From contig NC_000916.1 of NCBI RefSeq assembly GCF_000008645.1, positions 1,410,001-1,442,000 on the forward strand: a stretch of DNA of 32,000 nt. Direction: 5' to 3'. The notes beneath the pieces were generated by a model, which saw only the letters and a list, made by a program, of their open reading frames with translations, had not been told where the DNA came from and searched no databases. Positions within the stretch are counted from its first letter, which is position 1; every line of letters starts with the position of its first letter. The translations under genes and the position numbers were made by a program. This DNA is from Methanothermobacter thermautotrophicus str. Delta H (lineage in GTDB: Archaea > Methanobacteriota > Methanobacteria > Methanobacteriales > Methanothermobacteraceae). This document shows positions 7,924 through 18,030 of this stretch, one piece after another.

Positions 7924-10578
7924 ATGAAGGGGACTGTTAAATTTAGAATAGATGGAAGGGAACTTGAGGCTGAACCTGGAATGACCGTCCTTGAGGCGGC
8001 CCTTGCAAATGACATATACATCCCTCACCTCTGCTTCAGGGAGGGTATCGAACCCTTTGGGGGATGCAGGCTGTGTCTGGTGGAGAACACTGATGGACGC
8101 CTTGTAACGGCCTGTGAAACTCCTGTAGAGGATGGCGCGGAATTCATATCTGAATCAGAGAGGATAAATAATATCCGGAGGACCGTGGTATCCCTCCTGA
8201 TATCAGAGCACAGCAGGGATTGCCTTTCATGCCCCTCGTCAGGGGACTGCAGTCTCCAGGAGGTCTCATCCTATCTTAATCTGACAGAGGATGACCTTTC
8301 GAGACTCAGACAGGATCTGCCTGAATCAGAACCAGATGAATCAAACCCCTTTTTCATTAGAAACCATGATAAGTGCATTCTTTGCGGTTTATGCGTAAGG
8401 GTCTGTCGTGCTACTGGTGCAGAGGCCATAGACTTCGCCTACAGGGGACATGACACAAGGATATCCACCTTCATGGACAGGGCCATCACTGAATCGAGCT
8501 GTGTATCCTGCGGGGAATGTGTGGAGGTCTGCCCTGTGGGGGCCCTTGTTTCACGGGAAGAGAAACCCTTCACAGAGGTGAAGACGGTATGCCCATACTG
8601 TGGTGCTGGCTGCGGCATCTACCTCGGTGTGAGGGGGGACAGGGTTGTTAGTTCAAGGGGTGACCCTGATAATCCCGTTAACAGGGGTAAACTATGTGTT
8701 AAGGGCAGATTTGCATTGAAGTTTGTAAACAGCCCTGAAAGACTTAAAAAGCCACTCATAAAGGTTGATGGTAGATTCGTTGAGGTTGAATGGGATGAGG
8801 CATTATCCACCGTGGCCGAGAGGCTATCAGAATATAGTGGTGAGGAGTTTGCTGCAGTTGCATCTGCAAAGTGCACCAATGAGGAGAACTACATCCTCCA
8901 GAAGTTTACAAGGGCTGTGATGTTATCCGGTAACATCGACCACTGCGCAAGGCTCTGCCATGCACCCTCCGTAAGGAGCCTCAGCATGACGCTGGGTAGC
9001 GGTGCAATGACAAACTCAATAGCTGAACTTGAGGATTCAGCATGCATCCTGGCGGTGGGGACCAACCCCACCGAGACACACCCCCTAACGGCCTACAGTG
9101 TAATCAGGGCCATCAGGTCAGGTGCAAAGCTGGTGGTCATTGACCCGAGGAGGACGAGGATCTCGGAGCTTGCAGACATCCACCTCCAGAACCGGCCTGG
9201 CTCTGACATCCCACTGATCATGGCCATGTGTCGCTTCATCATTGAGGAGGGCCTCCATGACACAGAATTCATTGAGTCAAGGACAGAGAACTTTGATGAA
9301 TTCAGGGATGCAGTCATGGCACTGGACCTTGAGGAGGTTGAAAGCCTCACCGGTGTTGGGGTAGAGGATATGAGGAGGGCTGCAATCACCTACGCCTCAA
9401 AAAAGCCGGCATCCATCATATACTCAATGGGTATCACCCAGCACGCTCACGGTACTGACAATGTAATCGCACTTAGCAACCTCGCCCTCCTCACAGGGAA
9501 CCTCGGGAAACCATCGGCAGGTATAAATCCCCTCAGGGGCCAGAACAACGTCCAGGGGGCCTGTGATATGGGGGCGCTCCCGGACCTTCTACCTGGCTAC
9601 CAGACCCTTGACGACTCCTTCAGATTCTCTGATAAATGGGGTTCAACCATACCGGGGCCCGGAATGACGCTACCCGAGATGTTTGACGCAGCCCTTGAGG
9701 GACGTTTGAGGGCCATGTACATAATGGGCGAGAATCCCCTCCTGAGCGAACCTGAAACTGAGAAGACCCGGAAGGCACTTGAAAGTCTTGATTTTCTTGT
9801 TGTCCAGGACATATTCATGACCGAGACTGCTGAACTCGCTGATGTGGTCCTTCCGGCATGTGCATGGGCAGAGAAGGATGGGACATTCACCAACACCGAG
9901 AGGAGGGTTCAGCTGATCAGGAAGGCCCTGGATGCCCCTGGAGAAGCAAGGACTGACTGGGAGATAATCTGCATGCTGGCAGAGAAGATGGGGGCTGAGG
10001 GCTTTGATTATGCTTCATCATCGGAGATATTCAAGGAGATAGCAGCACTCGTGCCATCATATGCCGGCATATCACATGAGCGGCTTCAGGATGGTGGTAT
10101 ACAGTGGCCCTGCACATCTTATGAGCATGGGGGCACACAGTACCTGCATTCTGAGAGATTCTCAACACCCACAGGGAGGGCGTCATTTTTACTGCCAGGG
10201 TATCATGTAGGGGAGGTATCAGAGGAGTATCCGATGGTCCTTGTAACCGGCCGCAATCTCTACCAGTACCATACAAGATCCATGACAGGGCGCGTGCCAG
10301 AACTTGATTCATTCTCTGACAGGGAGGAACTTCTCATTAACCCTCTGGATGCAGCAAAACTCGGAGTTGAGGATGGCGGCACGGTCCTCGTGAAATCAGA
10401 GGGGGGCTCTCTGGAGGTGAGGGCAAGGGTTTCAGGGGATGTCATGGAGGGTGTTGTCTTCATGACATTCCACTTTGCAGAGACCCCGGCGAATGTCCTC
10501 ACAGGGGGAGATCGTGACCCGGTATCAGGGATGCCTGAACTGAAATTCACACCCGTCAGCATAAGACCTGTGGAGTAA
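7924..10578 (+). CDS. Formate dehydrogenase alpha subunit, long NuoG/FdsA-type form (Mo/W-bisPGD), Cys active site
   Basis: The N-terminus carries a [2Fe-2S] region (HLCFREGIEPFGGCRLCLV...TAC), then HSRDCLSCPSSGDC (H-x3-C-x2-C-x5-C). Two ferredoxin motifs follow (CILCGLCVRVC, CVSCGECVEVCP), then the MopB cluster motif CPYCGAGCG...C. The active-site stretch KCTNEENYILQKF...HCARLCHAPSV has Cys where selenocysteine FDHs have Sec, followed by His. I prefer the start at ATG 7924 (MKGTVKFRIDG); the track extension to 7765 overlaps mobB and is hydrophobic junk. Confidence 0.85.
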   Translation: MKGTVKFRIDGRELEAEPGMTVLEAALANDIYIPHLCFREGIEPFGGCRLCLVENTDGRLVTACETPVEDGAEFISESERINNIRRTVVSLLISEHSRDCLSCPSSGDCSLQEVSSYLNLTEDDLSRLRQDLPESEPDESNPFFIRNHDKCILCGLCVRVCRATGAEAIDFAYRGHDTRISTFMDRAITESSCVSCGECVEVCPVGALVSREEKPFTEVKTVCPYCGAGCGIYLGVRGDRVVSSRGDPDNPVNRGKLCVKGRFALKFVNSPERLKKPLIKVDGRFVEVEWDEALSTVAERLSEYSGEEFAAVASAKCTNEENYILQKFTRAVMLSGNIDHCARLCHAPSVRSLSMTLGSGAMTNSIAELEDSACILAVGTNPTETHPLTAYSVIRAIRSGAKLVVIDPRRTRISELADIHLQNRPGSDIPLIMAMCRFIIEEGLHDTEFIESRTENFDEFRDAVMALDLEEVESLTGVGVEDMRRAAITYASKKPASIIYSMGITQHAHGTDNVIALSNLALLTGNLGKPSAGINPLRGQNNVQGACDMGALPDLLPGYQTLDDSFRFSDKWGSTIPGPGMTLPEMFDAALEGRLRAMYIMGENPLLSEPETEKTRKALESLDFLVVQDIFMTETAELADVVLPACAWAEKDGTFTNTERRVQLIRKALDAPGEARTDWEIICMLAEKMGAEGFDYASSSEIFKEIAALVPSYAGISHERLQDGGIQWPCTSYEHGGTQYLHSERFSTPTGRASFLLPGYHVGEVSEEYPMVLVTGRNLYQYHTRSMTGRVPELDSFSDREELLINPLDAAKLGVEDGGTVLVKSEGGSLEVRARVSGDVMEGVVFMTFHFAETPANVLTGGDRDPVSGMPELKFTPVSIRPVE

Positions 10579-10645
10579 CCACACACCTATATATATATTT
10601 TTCTATTTGATTTTTGTAGAAAATTATTATATGGACGGCGGCTAA

Positions 10646-10664
10646 ATGTGTGATTAACACACAT
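10646..10664. promoter_or_regulatory. Perfect palindrome ATGTGTG-ATTAA-CACACAT abutting the fwdH ribosome-binding site
   Basis: The 7-bp arms were read directly. A GGTGA RBS follows at 10665-10669 and the ATG at 10674. TATA-like tracts lie upstream at about 10588-10600 and 10621-10633. Confidence 0.45.
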
Positions 10665-10673
10665 GGTGACCCT

Positions 10674-11150
10674 ATGCCGAAACATATAGTTTCTGGACTC
10701 AAATACATAGCAGCTGTAAATCTGACAAAGCAGGGCCATTCACAGAGAGAGATAGCTAAGGCTCTCAACATGAACAGATCAACTGTTTCTCACTACCTCA
10801 ACGGCAGGAACCTCTCCTGGAGGTCAATAGAGGTTGCAAAGGTAATAACAGAGATGTGTCCAAGGGACTTCCTTCTTCTCACCCACTCCCTTACACAGAA
10901 CACAGAGATGACAAGGACCATCATAAGGACATGCCAGAAGCAGAAATTCCAGGGAAAGGTCAGGAACTCATGTATTGGGTGCGGGCTATGTGTGGACACA
11001 TGCCTTATGAAGGCCATAAGTTTAAGAGACCTCAAGGCACATATAGAATCCGAATGGTGCTGCGGGTGTCTCATCTGTGTTGATATGTGTCCAACTGATT
11101 CTATAGAAATAAAGGAGGTAGAACTTGATGGAAACAACCGAAGTAATTGA
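10674..11150 (+). CDS. fwdH: FwdH: N-terminal helix-turn-helix fused to a 2x[4Fe-4S] ferredoxin domain (first gene of the fwd operon)
   Basis: The HTH-like segment is [26 protein letters not shown]. The C-terminal part carries [11 protein letters not shown] and [12 protein letters not shown]. The position matches the described fwdHFGDACB order, and its 3' end overlaps the fwdF start. The start at ATG 10674 is preceded by GGTGA with a 4-nt spacer. Confidence 0.7.
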   Translation: MPKHIVSGLKYIAAVNLTKQGHSQREIAKALNMNRSTVSHYLNGRNLSWRSIEVAKVITEMCPRDFLLLTHSLTQNTEMTRTIIRTCQKQKFQGKVRNSCIGCGLCVDTCLMKAISLRDLKAHIESEWCCGCLICVDMCPTDSIEIKEVELDGNNRSN

Positions 11151-12177
11151 AGGTAAGAACATTACCGTGGAGCGAACCGGTGAAGAAAACAGAAAGTTAA
11201 TCTTCCAGGATTGCCTCTGCGCTGTTTGCGGACTCTGCGGTGAGATATGTCCTGTGAACGCCATTGAAGTCAACCCGACAGGCGCAATGGTGAGAACCGA
11301 ACAGGACGAGTCAAAGATATGCATCGATGAGAACAAATGCGTCCTCTGCGGTATGTGCAGCTCAATCTGCCCATTCCAGGCACTGGACCTTCAGATTGAC
11401 GGAACATCAATAAAGGAACTTGCAGAATACCCAAAAATCATCAAATCAGCTGAGATAGATGATGAAACATGTATACAGTGCAAGGCCTGTGAAACAGCAT
11501 GTCCACAGGATGCCATAACCATAACAAGGGACCTGCCCGAAAGGAAGGACCTCATAACAGGTGAGATCGAGATAGACAAGGAAACCTGTATCTACTGTGG
11601 AATGTGTGAGGAGATGTGTCCGGTTGATGCGATAGAGATAGACCACCAGGTGCCGACCTCCTCAAGTCCAGCAGTCGCGACTGACATACGAGTCGATGAG
11701 GATAAATGTGTCCACTGCGGTATATGTAAGAGGATATGCCCTGTTGACGCCATAACTCAGGTCTGCAGGATATGCCCATACGGTGAATACGAGATCAAGG
11801 TCCCGGAGGTCACAGGAACCTCCTACATCGACCCTGAACTCTGTGTGAACTGTGGATGGTGCCAGGAGATATGCCCTGTTGACGCTGCAACGGTGACAAA
11901 GCCCTTCGAGGGAGAACTCATAATCGACGAGGACACCTGCCAGGCCTGTGAAACCTGTGTGATGGCATGCCCATGCAACGTTTTATCATTCCCTAAACCA
12001 GAAAAACCAGGTGAAAAACCAGCCAAGCTCTACAAGGACGAAAGGTTCTGCATATACTGCGGCGCATGTGAGAGGTCATGTCCCGTTGACGCAATAGAGG
12101 TTAAGAGGAGCAGGATAAATACCACTCCAATCAAATCAAAGGCCTGGAAGAACGCCTTTGAATCATTACTCAAATAA
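11128..12177 (+). CDS. fwdF: Formylmethanofuran dehydrogenase subunit F (polyferredoxin, eight [4Fe-4S] motifs)
   Basis: I counted eight CxxCxxCxxxCP motifs ([96 protein letters not shown]). A GGAGGT RBS lies 8 nt upstream of ATG 11128. Confidence 0.9.
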   Translation: METTEVIEGKNITVERTGEENRKLIFQDCLCAVCGLCGEICPVNAIEVNPTGAMVRTEQDESKICIDENKCVLCGMCSSICPFQALDLQIDGTSIKELAEYPKIIKSAEIDDETCIQCKACETACPQDAITITRDLPERKDLITGEIEIDKETCIYCGMCEEMCPVDAIEIDHQVPTSSSPAVATDIRVDEDKCVHCGICKRICPVDAITQVCRICPYGEYEIKVPEVTGTSYIDPELCVNCGWCQEICPVDAATVTKPFEGELIIDEDTCQACETCVMACPCNVLSFPKPEKPGEKPAKLYKDERFCIYCGACERSCPVDAIEVKRSRINTTPIKSKAWKNAFESLLK

Positions 12178-12191
12178 ATGGAGGTAATCAG

Positions 12192-12440
12192 ATGGCAATA
12201 GGACTTAAGGCATACCCTGAACTCTGCCATGGATGTGGAAACTGCGTGATCGCATGTCCAGTGAACGCCCTCAGAAGCCCCGAGGTTGCAGGTGGAAAGG
12301 GGCCAACAGATGATGTGGAGATCATCATGATAGTTGAGGACGGGGTTGTTAACATAAAGAACCCTGATCTCTGTGGAAAGTGCGGCACATGTGTTGAAAG
12401 CTGCCCTGTTGATGCAATCAGGCTGGAGGAATTAGAATGA
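12192..12440 (+). CDS. fwdG: Formylmethanofuran dehydrogenase subunit G (2x[4Fe-4S] ferredoxin)
   Basis: 82 aa carrying CHGCGNCVIACP and CGKCGTCVESCP. A GGAGGT RBS lies upstream. The stop overlaps the fwdD start (ATGA). Confidence 0.85.
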   Translation: MAIGLKAYPELCHGCGNCVIACPVNALRSPEVAGGKGPTDDVEIIMIVEDGVVNIKNPDLCGKCGTCVESCPVDAIRLEELE

Positions 12441-12829
12441 GAGTCATACTAAACACAGGAAGGACCATCTGGCAGGGACAGGCTATAGAGTCCGGTAAGG
12501 ACCTTAAGATGTACGTCGATGCAGCTGCCATAATTCAGATGAACCCTGACATGATGAAGCAGCTCGGAATAAGCGAAGGAGACAACGTGAAGGTCATCTC
12601 AGAATATGGGGATGTCGTTGTAAAGGCTGTTGAAGCTAAGGAGCCACTCCCAGAGGGAATGGTTTACATACCAATGGGGCCCTGGGCCAACAGGGTTATA
12701 AGGCCAGATACTGATTCAACAGCAACACCCAGCTTTAAGAACATACCGGTGGAGATCATACCCACCGATGAAGAGGTTCCTGACATGCCAACCCTCATGA
12801 AGGTCTACGGTAAGGTAGGTCAGATCTAA
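12437..12829 (+). CDS. fwdD: Formylmethanofuran dehydrogenase subunit D (MopB C-terminal beta-barrel-like domain)
   Basis: 130 aa with FwdD/FmdD-like sequence (MRVILNTGRTIWQGQAIESGK...). The operon position fits and a GGAGG RBS lies upstream. Confidence 0.85.
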   Translation: MRVILNTGRTIWQGQAIESGKDLKMYVDAAAIIQMNPDMMKQLGISEGDNVKVISEYGDVVVKAVEAKEPLPEGMVYIPMGPWANRVIRPDTDSTATPSFKNIPVEIIPTDEEVPDMPTLMKVYGKVGQI

Positions 12830-12849
12830 AGCTCAGCGGGAGGATTCAA

Positions 12850-14559
12850 ATGGAATACATAATCAAAAACGGATTTGTTTACTGTCCTCTTAACAACGTC
12901 GATGGAGAAAAGATGGACATCTGCGTCAAGGATGGTAAAATAGTTGAAAGCGTCAGTGACAGCGCAAAGGTCATTGATGCATCTGGAAAAATGGTGATGC
13001 CAGGAGGTGTCGACCCTCACTCCCACATAGCCGGTGCAAAGGTCAACGTGGGAAGGATGTACAGGCCAGAGGACAGCCGCAGGGACGCTGAAAAATTCAG
13101 GGCCGGAAGGGCCGGAAGCGGTTTCTCAGTACCATCAACCTTCATGACAGGTTACAGGTACGCCCAGATGGGTTACACCACAGCAATGGAGGCAGCCATG
13201 CCACCACTGCTTGCAAGGCACACCCATGAGGAATTCCACGACACACCGATAATAGACCACGCAGCATACCCACTGTTCGGTAACAACTGGTTCGTGATGG
13301 AGTACCTGAAGGATGGCGACGTGGATGCCTGTGCAGCCTACGCATCATGGCTCCTCAGGGCCACCAAAGGTTACGCAATAAAGATAGTTAACCCTGCCGG
13401 TACAGAGGCATGGGGATGGGGTGGAAACGTCCACGGAATCTATGACCCCGCACCCTACTTTGACATAACGCCCGCAGAGATCATAAAGGGACTCGCAGAG
13501 GTCAACGAGAAACTCCAGCTACCACACTCAATACACCTCCACTGTAACGACCTTGGACACCCTGGAAACTACGAGACAACCCTGGCATCCTTTGACGTGC
13601 CAAAGAACATAAAACCAGACCCTGCAACCGGTGAAAGGGACACAGTACTCTATGCAACCCATGTCCAGTTCCACAGCTACGGTGGAACAACCTGGAGGGA
13701 CTTCGTATCAGAGGCACCAAAGGTTGCTGACTATGTAAACAGGAACGACCATGTTGTGATAGACGTTGGTCAGATAACCCTGGATGAGACAACCACCATG
13801 ACCGCAGACGGTCCAATGGAATACGACCTCCACTCACTCAACGGCCTCAAATGGGCAAACTGTGACGTGGAACTCGAAACAGGTTCAGGTGTCGTACCAT
13901 TCATATACTCTGCAAGGGCACCGGTCCCAGCGGTCCAGTGGGCAATCGGAATGGAACTCTTCCTCCTCATAGACGACCCCGGCAAGGTGTGCCTCACAAC
14001 AGACAGTCCAAATGCAGGGCCATTCACACGGTACCCCAGGGTCATCGCATGGCTCATGAGCAACAAGTACAGGATGAACCTCATTGAGGGAGAACTGCAC
14101 AAGTGGGCCCAGAGGAAGAGTACAATAGCAACAATCGACAGGGAGTACACCTTCTCAGAGATAGCACAGATCACAAGGGTAACATCTGCAAAGGTCCTGG
14201 GTCTCAGCGAAACCAAGGGACACCTCGGCGCAGGTGCAGATGCAGATATAGCAGTCTACAACATCAACCCTGAAACAGTCGATCCATCAGCAGATTACAT
14301 GGCCATTGAGGAAGGATTCTCAAGGGCAGCATACGTCCTCAAGGACGGAGAAATAGTTGTTAAGGACGGAGAAGTTGTGGCCTCACCACACGGAAGGACC
14401 TACTGGATTGACACCCAGGTGGATGAGTCCCTCTACAACGAGGTTCTCGCCAGTGTTGAGAGCAAATTCAAACAGTACTACTCTGTCAACTTTGCAAACT
14501 ACCCTGTGCAGGACGAGTACCTGCCAAAATCTGCTCCAGTTAAAGGGGTGATGTTATGA
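12850..14559 (+). CDS. fwdA: Formylmethanofuran dehydrogenase subunit A (amidohydrolase fold)
   Basis: 569 aa with an amidohydrolase-type metal site (PGGVDPHSHIAG). The operon position fits and a GGAGG RBS lies upstream. Confidence 0.9.
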   Translation: MEYIIKNGFVYCPLNNVDGEKMDICVKDGKIVESVSDSAKVIDASGKMVMPGGVDPHSHIAGAKVNVGRMYRPEDSRRDAEKFRAGRAGSGFSVPSTFMTGYRYAQMGYTTAMEAAMPPLLARHTHEEFHDTPIIDHAAYPLFGNNWFVMEYLKDGDVDACAAYASWLLRATKGYAIKIVNPAGTEAWGWGGNVHGIYDPAPYFDITPAEIIKGLAEVNEKLQLPHSIHLHCNDLGHPGNYETTLASFDVPKNIKPDPATGERDTVLYATHVQFHSYGGTTWRDFVSEAPKVADYVNRNDHVVIDVGQITLDETTTMTADGPMEYDLHSLNGLKWANCDVELETGSGVVPFIYSARAPVPAVQWAIGMELFLLIDDPGKVCLTTDSPNAGPFTRYPRVIAWLMSNKYRMNLIEGELHKWAQRKSTIATIDREYTFSEIAQITRVTSAKVLGLSETKGHLGAGADADIAVYNINPETVDPSADYMAIEEGFSRAAYVLKDGEIVVKDGEVVASPHGRTYWIDTQVDESLYNEVLASVESKFKQYYSVNFANYPVQDEYLPKSAPVKGVML

Positions 14560-15368
14560 GTGAAATAATACTAACTCCAAAGGAACAGCCCGAAGTGCCA
14601 CTGGAGGCACCAAACATCAAACCTGATGTCTTCGCAGGAAAGTCAATAGATGAGATCAGGAACATCCAGATAATGCACGGTAACGAGGTAGTTAAGCTTG
14701 GAGACTTCTTCGAGGTCAGCGGTGAACCAGCAGACTCAGCAGCCGACATAAAAATCATAATCGACGGCGATGTCTACAACACCAAGAGGATAGGCCAGGA
14801 TATGACCGCCGGTGAAATCCTGGTGAAGGGTAACGTGAACATGTACGTCGGCGCAGGTATGAAGGGCGGTAAGATCACAGTGGAAGGCAACGCAAAATCC
14901 TGGGCAGGACAGGACATGAGAGGAGGAGAACTCGAAATCTTCGGAGATGCGGGCGACTACGTCGGATCCTCCTACCGTGGTGACTGGAGAGGTATGAGCG
15001 GTGGAGTCATAACCGTACATGGAAACGCTGGAAACGAGATCGGAGAGTACATGAACGGCGGCAAAATCATCATCAAGGGTGATGTTAACATAATGCCTGG
15101 AATACACATGAACAACGGCCTCATAATAATTGAGGGCAACGCCGTTGCAAGGGTCGGCGGTGAAATGGCAGGCGGGACAATAGTCGTCAAGGGAATGATA
15201 GAGGAATTCCTCCCAGGATTCAAGTACCTCGGTGTTGAAAAGGACATAGAGGTTAACGGGGAAACCTTCCCTGGAGCATACTACAAGTTTGAAGGAGATC
15301 ACGCAATTAAAGGAGCTAAGGGTATGGTCTATGCGGCTGTCGGATGCAACGGCCACATAGAACCCTAA
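14556..15368 (+). CDS. fwdC: Formylmethanofuran dehydrogenase subunit C (GXGXG beta-helix repeat protein)
   Basis: 270 aa with repeated G-rich beta-helix units (GNVNMYVGAGMKGGKITVEGNA..., GGVITVHGNAGNEIGEYMNGGKIIIKGD...). The start shows ATGA overlap coupling with fwdA. Confidence 0.9.
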   Translation: MSEIILTPKEQPEVPLEAPNIKPDVFAGKSIDEIRNIQIMHGNEVVKLGDFFEVSGEPADSAADIKIIIDGDVYNTKRIGQDMTAGEILVKGNVNMYVGAGMKGGKITVEGNAKSWAGQDMRGGELEIFGDAGDYVGSSYRGDWRGMSGGVITVHGNAGNEIGEYMNGGKIIIKGDVNIMPGIHMNNGLIIIEGNAVARVGGEMAGGTIVVKGMIEEFLPGFKYLGVEKDIEVNGETFPGAYYKFEGDHAIKGAKGMVYAAVGCNGHIEP

Positions 15369-15389
15369 ACTTTCTTGGAGGTAATTATC

Positions 15390-16688
15390 ATGGAATATGT
15401 GAAAAATGTGGTCTGCCCCTTCTGCGGAACCCTCTGTGACGACATCATATGTAAGGTTGAGGGCAACGAGATCGTTGGAACCATCAACGCATGCAGGATA
15501 GGTCACAGTAAGTTCGTGCATGCAGAGGGTGCAATGAGGTACACCAAACCACTCATAAGAAAGAACGGAGAATTCGTCGAGGTTAGTTACGACGAGGCCA
15601 TAGACAAGGCAGCAAAGATTCTTGCAGAATCAAAAAGACCATTAATGTATGGTTGGAGCTGTACCGAGTGCGAGGCACAGGCCGTCGGGGTTGAACTTGC
15701 AGAGGAGGCCGGTGCAGTAATCGACAACACAGCATCAGTATGCCATGGACCATCAGTCCTCGCCCTCCAGGACGTGGGTTACCCAATCTGTACCTTCGGT
15801 GAGGTCAAAAACAGGGCAGATGTTGTGGTATACTTGGGATGCAACCCGATGCACGCCCACCCCAGGCACATGTCAAGGAACGTCTTCGCCCGCGGATTCT
15901 TCAGGGAAAGGGGAAGATCAGACAGGACACTCATAGTGGTGGATCCAAGGAAAACTGACAGTGCAAAGCTTGCAGACATACACCTGCAGCTCGACTTTGA
16001 CCATGACTATGAACTCCTCGATGCAATGAGGTCATGCCTGCTTGGACATGAGATACTCTACGATGAGGTGGCAGGTGTTCCAAGGGAACAGATCGAGGAG
16101 GCAGTTGAGGTACTCAAAAACGCACAGTTCGGTATACTCTTCTTCGGTATGGGTATAACCCACAGCAGGGGTAAGCACAGGAACATCGACACAGCCATTA
16201 TGATGGTGCAGGACCTCAACGACTACGCCAAGTGGACACTCATACCCATGAGGGGTCACTACAACGTTACAGGGTTCAACCAGGTCTGCACCTGGGAGAG
16301 CGGATACCCCTTCTGTGTTGACTTCTCAGAGGGCGAACCCAGGTACAACCCTGGTGAGACAGGTGCAAACGACCTTCTCCAGAACAGGGAAGCTGACTCC
16401 ATGATGGTGATAGCCTCTGACCCGGGAGCCCACTTCCCGCAGAGGGCCCTTGAGAGGATGGCTGAAATCCCTGTGATTGCCATTGAACCCCACAGGACCC
16501 CAACAACCGAGATGGCTGATATCATAATTCCACCGGCCATCGTGGGTATGGAGGCAGAGGGTACCGCCTACCGTATGGAGGGTGTCCCTATAAGGATGAA
16601 GAAGGTCGTTGACACAGACCTCCTCTCAGACAGGGAGATCCTCGAGAAACTTCTTGAGAAGGTAAGGGAGTATAAGGCCTCTAAGTAG
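15390..16688 (+). CDS. fwdB: Formylmethanofuran dehydrogenase subunit B (W/Mo-bisPGD catalytic subunit, Cys type)
   Basis: The N-terminal cluster motif is CPFCGTLCDD...C. The active-site stretch is NTASVCHGPSV (Cys-His). The start at ATG 15390 is preceded by GGAGGT. The track start at 15375 is a TTG lying inside the RBS. Confidence 0.9.
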   Translation: MEYVKNVVCPFCGTLCDDIICKVEGNEIVGTINACRIGHSKFVHAEGAMRYTKPLIRKNGEFVEVSYDEAIDKAAKILAESKRPLMYGWSCTECEAQAVGVELAEEAGAVIDNTASVCHGPSVLALQDVGYPICTFGEVKNRADVVVYLGCNPMHAHPRHMSRNVFARGFFRERGRSDRTLIVVDPRKTDSAKLADIHLQLDFDHDYELLDAMRSCLLGHEILYDEVAGVPREQIEEAVEVLKNAQFGILFFGMGITHSRGKHRNIDTAIMMVQDLNDYAKWTLIPMRGHYNVTGFNQVCTWESGYPFCVDFSEGEPRYNPGETGANDLLQNREADSMMVIASDPGAHFPQRALERMAEIPVIAIEPHRTPTTEMADIIIPPAIVGMEAEGTAYRMEGVPIRMKKVVDTDLLSDREILEKLLEKVREYKASK

Positions 16689-16708
16689 GTCCGATCCTAA
16701 ATAAATTC

Positions 16709-16757
16709 TATTTTTCCCATTTTCTTCTCATGAAAACTGTTCAGTTTTTGCTTTTTT
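16709..16757 (+). terminator. Cluster of oligo-T tracts after fwdB (T5 16711-16715, T5 16745-16749, T6 16752-16757)
   Basis: Oligo-T runs directly downstream of the fwdB stop, which is the archaeal terminator type. Confidence 0.5.
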
Positions 16758-16786
16758 GTTCTTTATTTTAACCATTTACCAAAAAA

Positions 16787-16794
16787 TTTAAATA
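16787..16794 (+). promoter_or_regulatory. nifH TATA box TTTAAATA with a purine-rich BRE-like CCAAAAAA upstream
   Basis: It matches the archaeal TATA consensus TTTAWATA and lies 73 nt upstream of the nifH ATG (16868). Confidence 0.6.
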
Positions 16795-16795
16795 G

Positions 16796-17695
<900 letters not shown>

Positions 17696-17704
17696 GTGTT
17701 AAAG

Positions 17705-18022
17705 ATGAAGATGATAAGGGCCATAATAAGACCAGAGAAGTCTGAAGAGGTGATTGATGCCCTCGATAAAGCTGGATTTCCAGCCCTAACAAAAATGGAT
17801 GTTGCAGGGAGAGGTAAACAGAGGGGGATACGCCTTGATGAGATCTACTATGAGGAGTTACCAAAGACCATGCTCCTCATAGTTGTGGATGACAGTGATG
17901 CAGAGAAGGTCATAAACACCGTCCATGAAACAGCATTCACAGGTAACATTGGGGATGGTAAAATCTTTGTAAGTCCCGTGGAAAGTGCATATACCATCAG
18001 GACAAGGGAAGAGGGTCTTTAG
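17705..18022 (+). CDS. nifI1: P-II family nitrogenase regulator NifI1
   Basis: 105 aa P-II-like protein (MKMIRAIIRPEK...GRGKQRG...GDGKIFV), located immediately after nifH. An AGGTG RBS is present. Confidence 0.85.
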   Translation: MKMIRAIIRPEKSEEVIDALDKAGFPALTKMDVAGRGKQRGIRLDEIYYEELPKTMLLIVVDDSDAEKVINTVHETAFTGNIGDGKIFVSPVESAYTIRTREEGL

Positions 18023-18030
18023 GTGTTTTA

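Noticed and set aside
14736-15521. 261-aa minus-strand ORF antisense to fwdC/fwdB
   Set aside because: It is a shadow frame of strongly conserved fwdC (G-rich repeats give a long open antisense frame). It has no RBS and its composition is atypical.
7924-16688. Possible selenocysteine (in-frame TGA) in the FDH alpha subunit or FwdB
   Set aside because: Both active-site positions are encoded as Cys (HCARLCHAPSV and NTASVCHGPSV), and the ORFs are uninterrupted.
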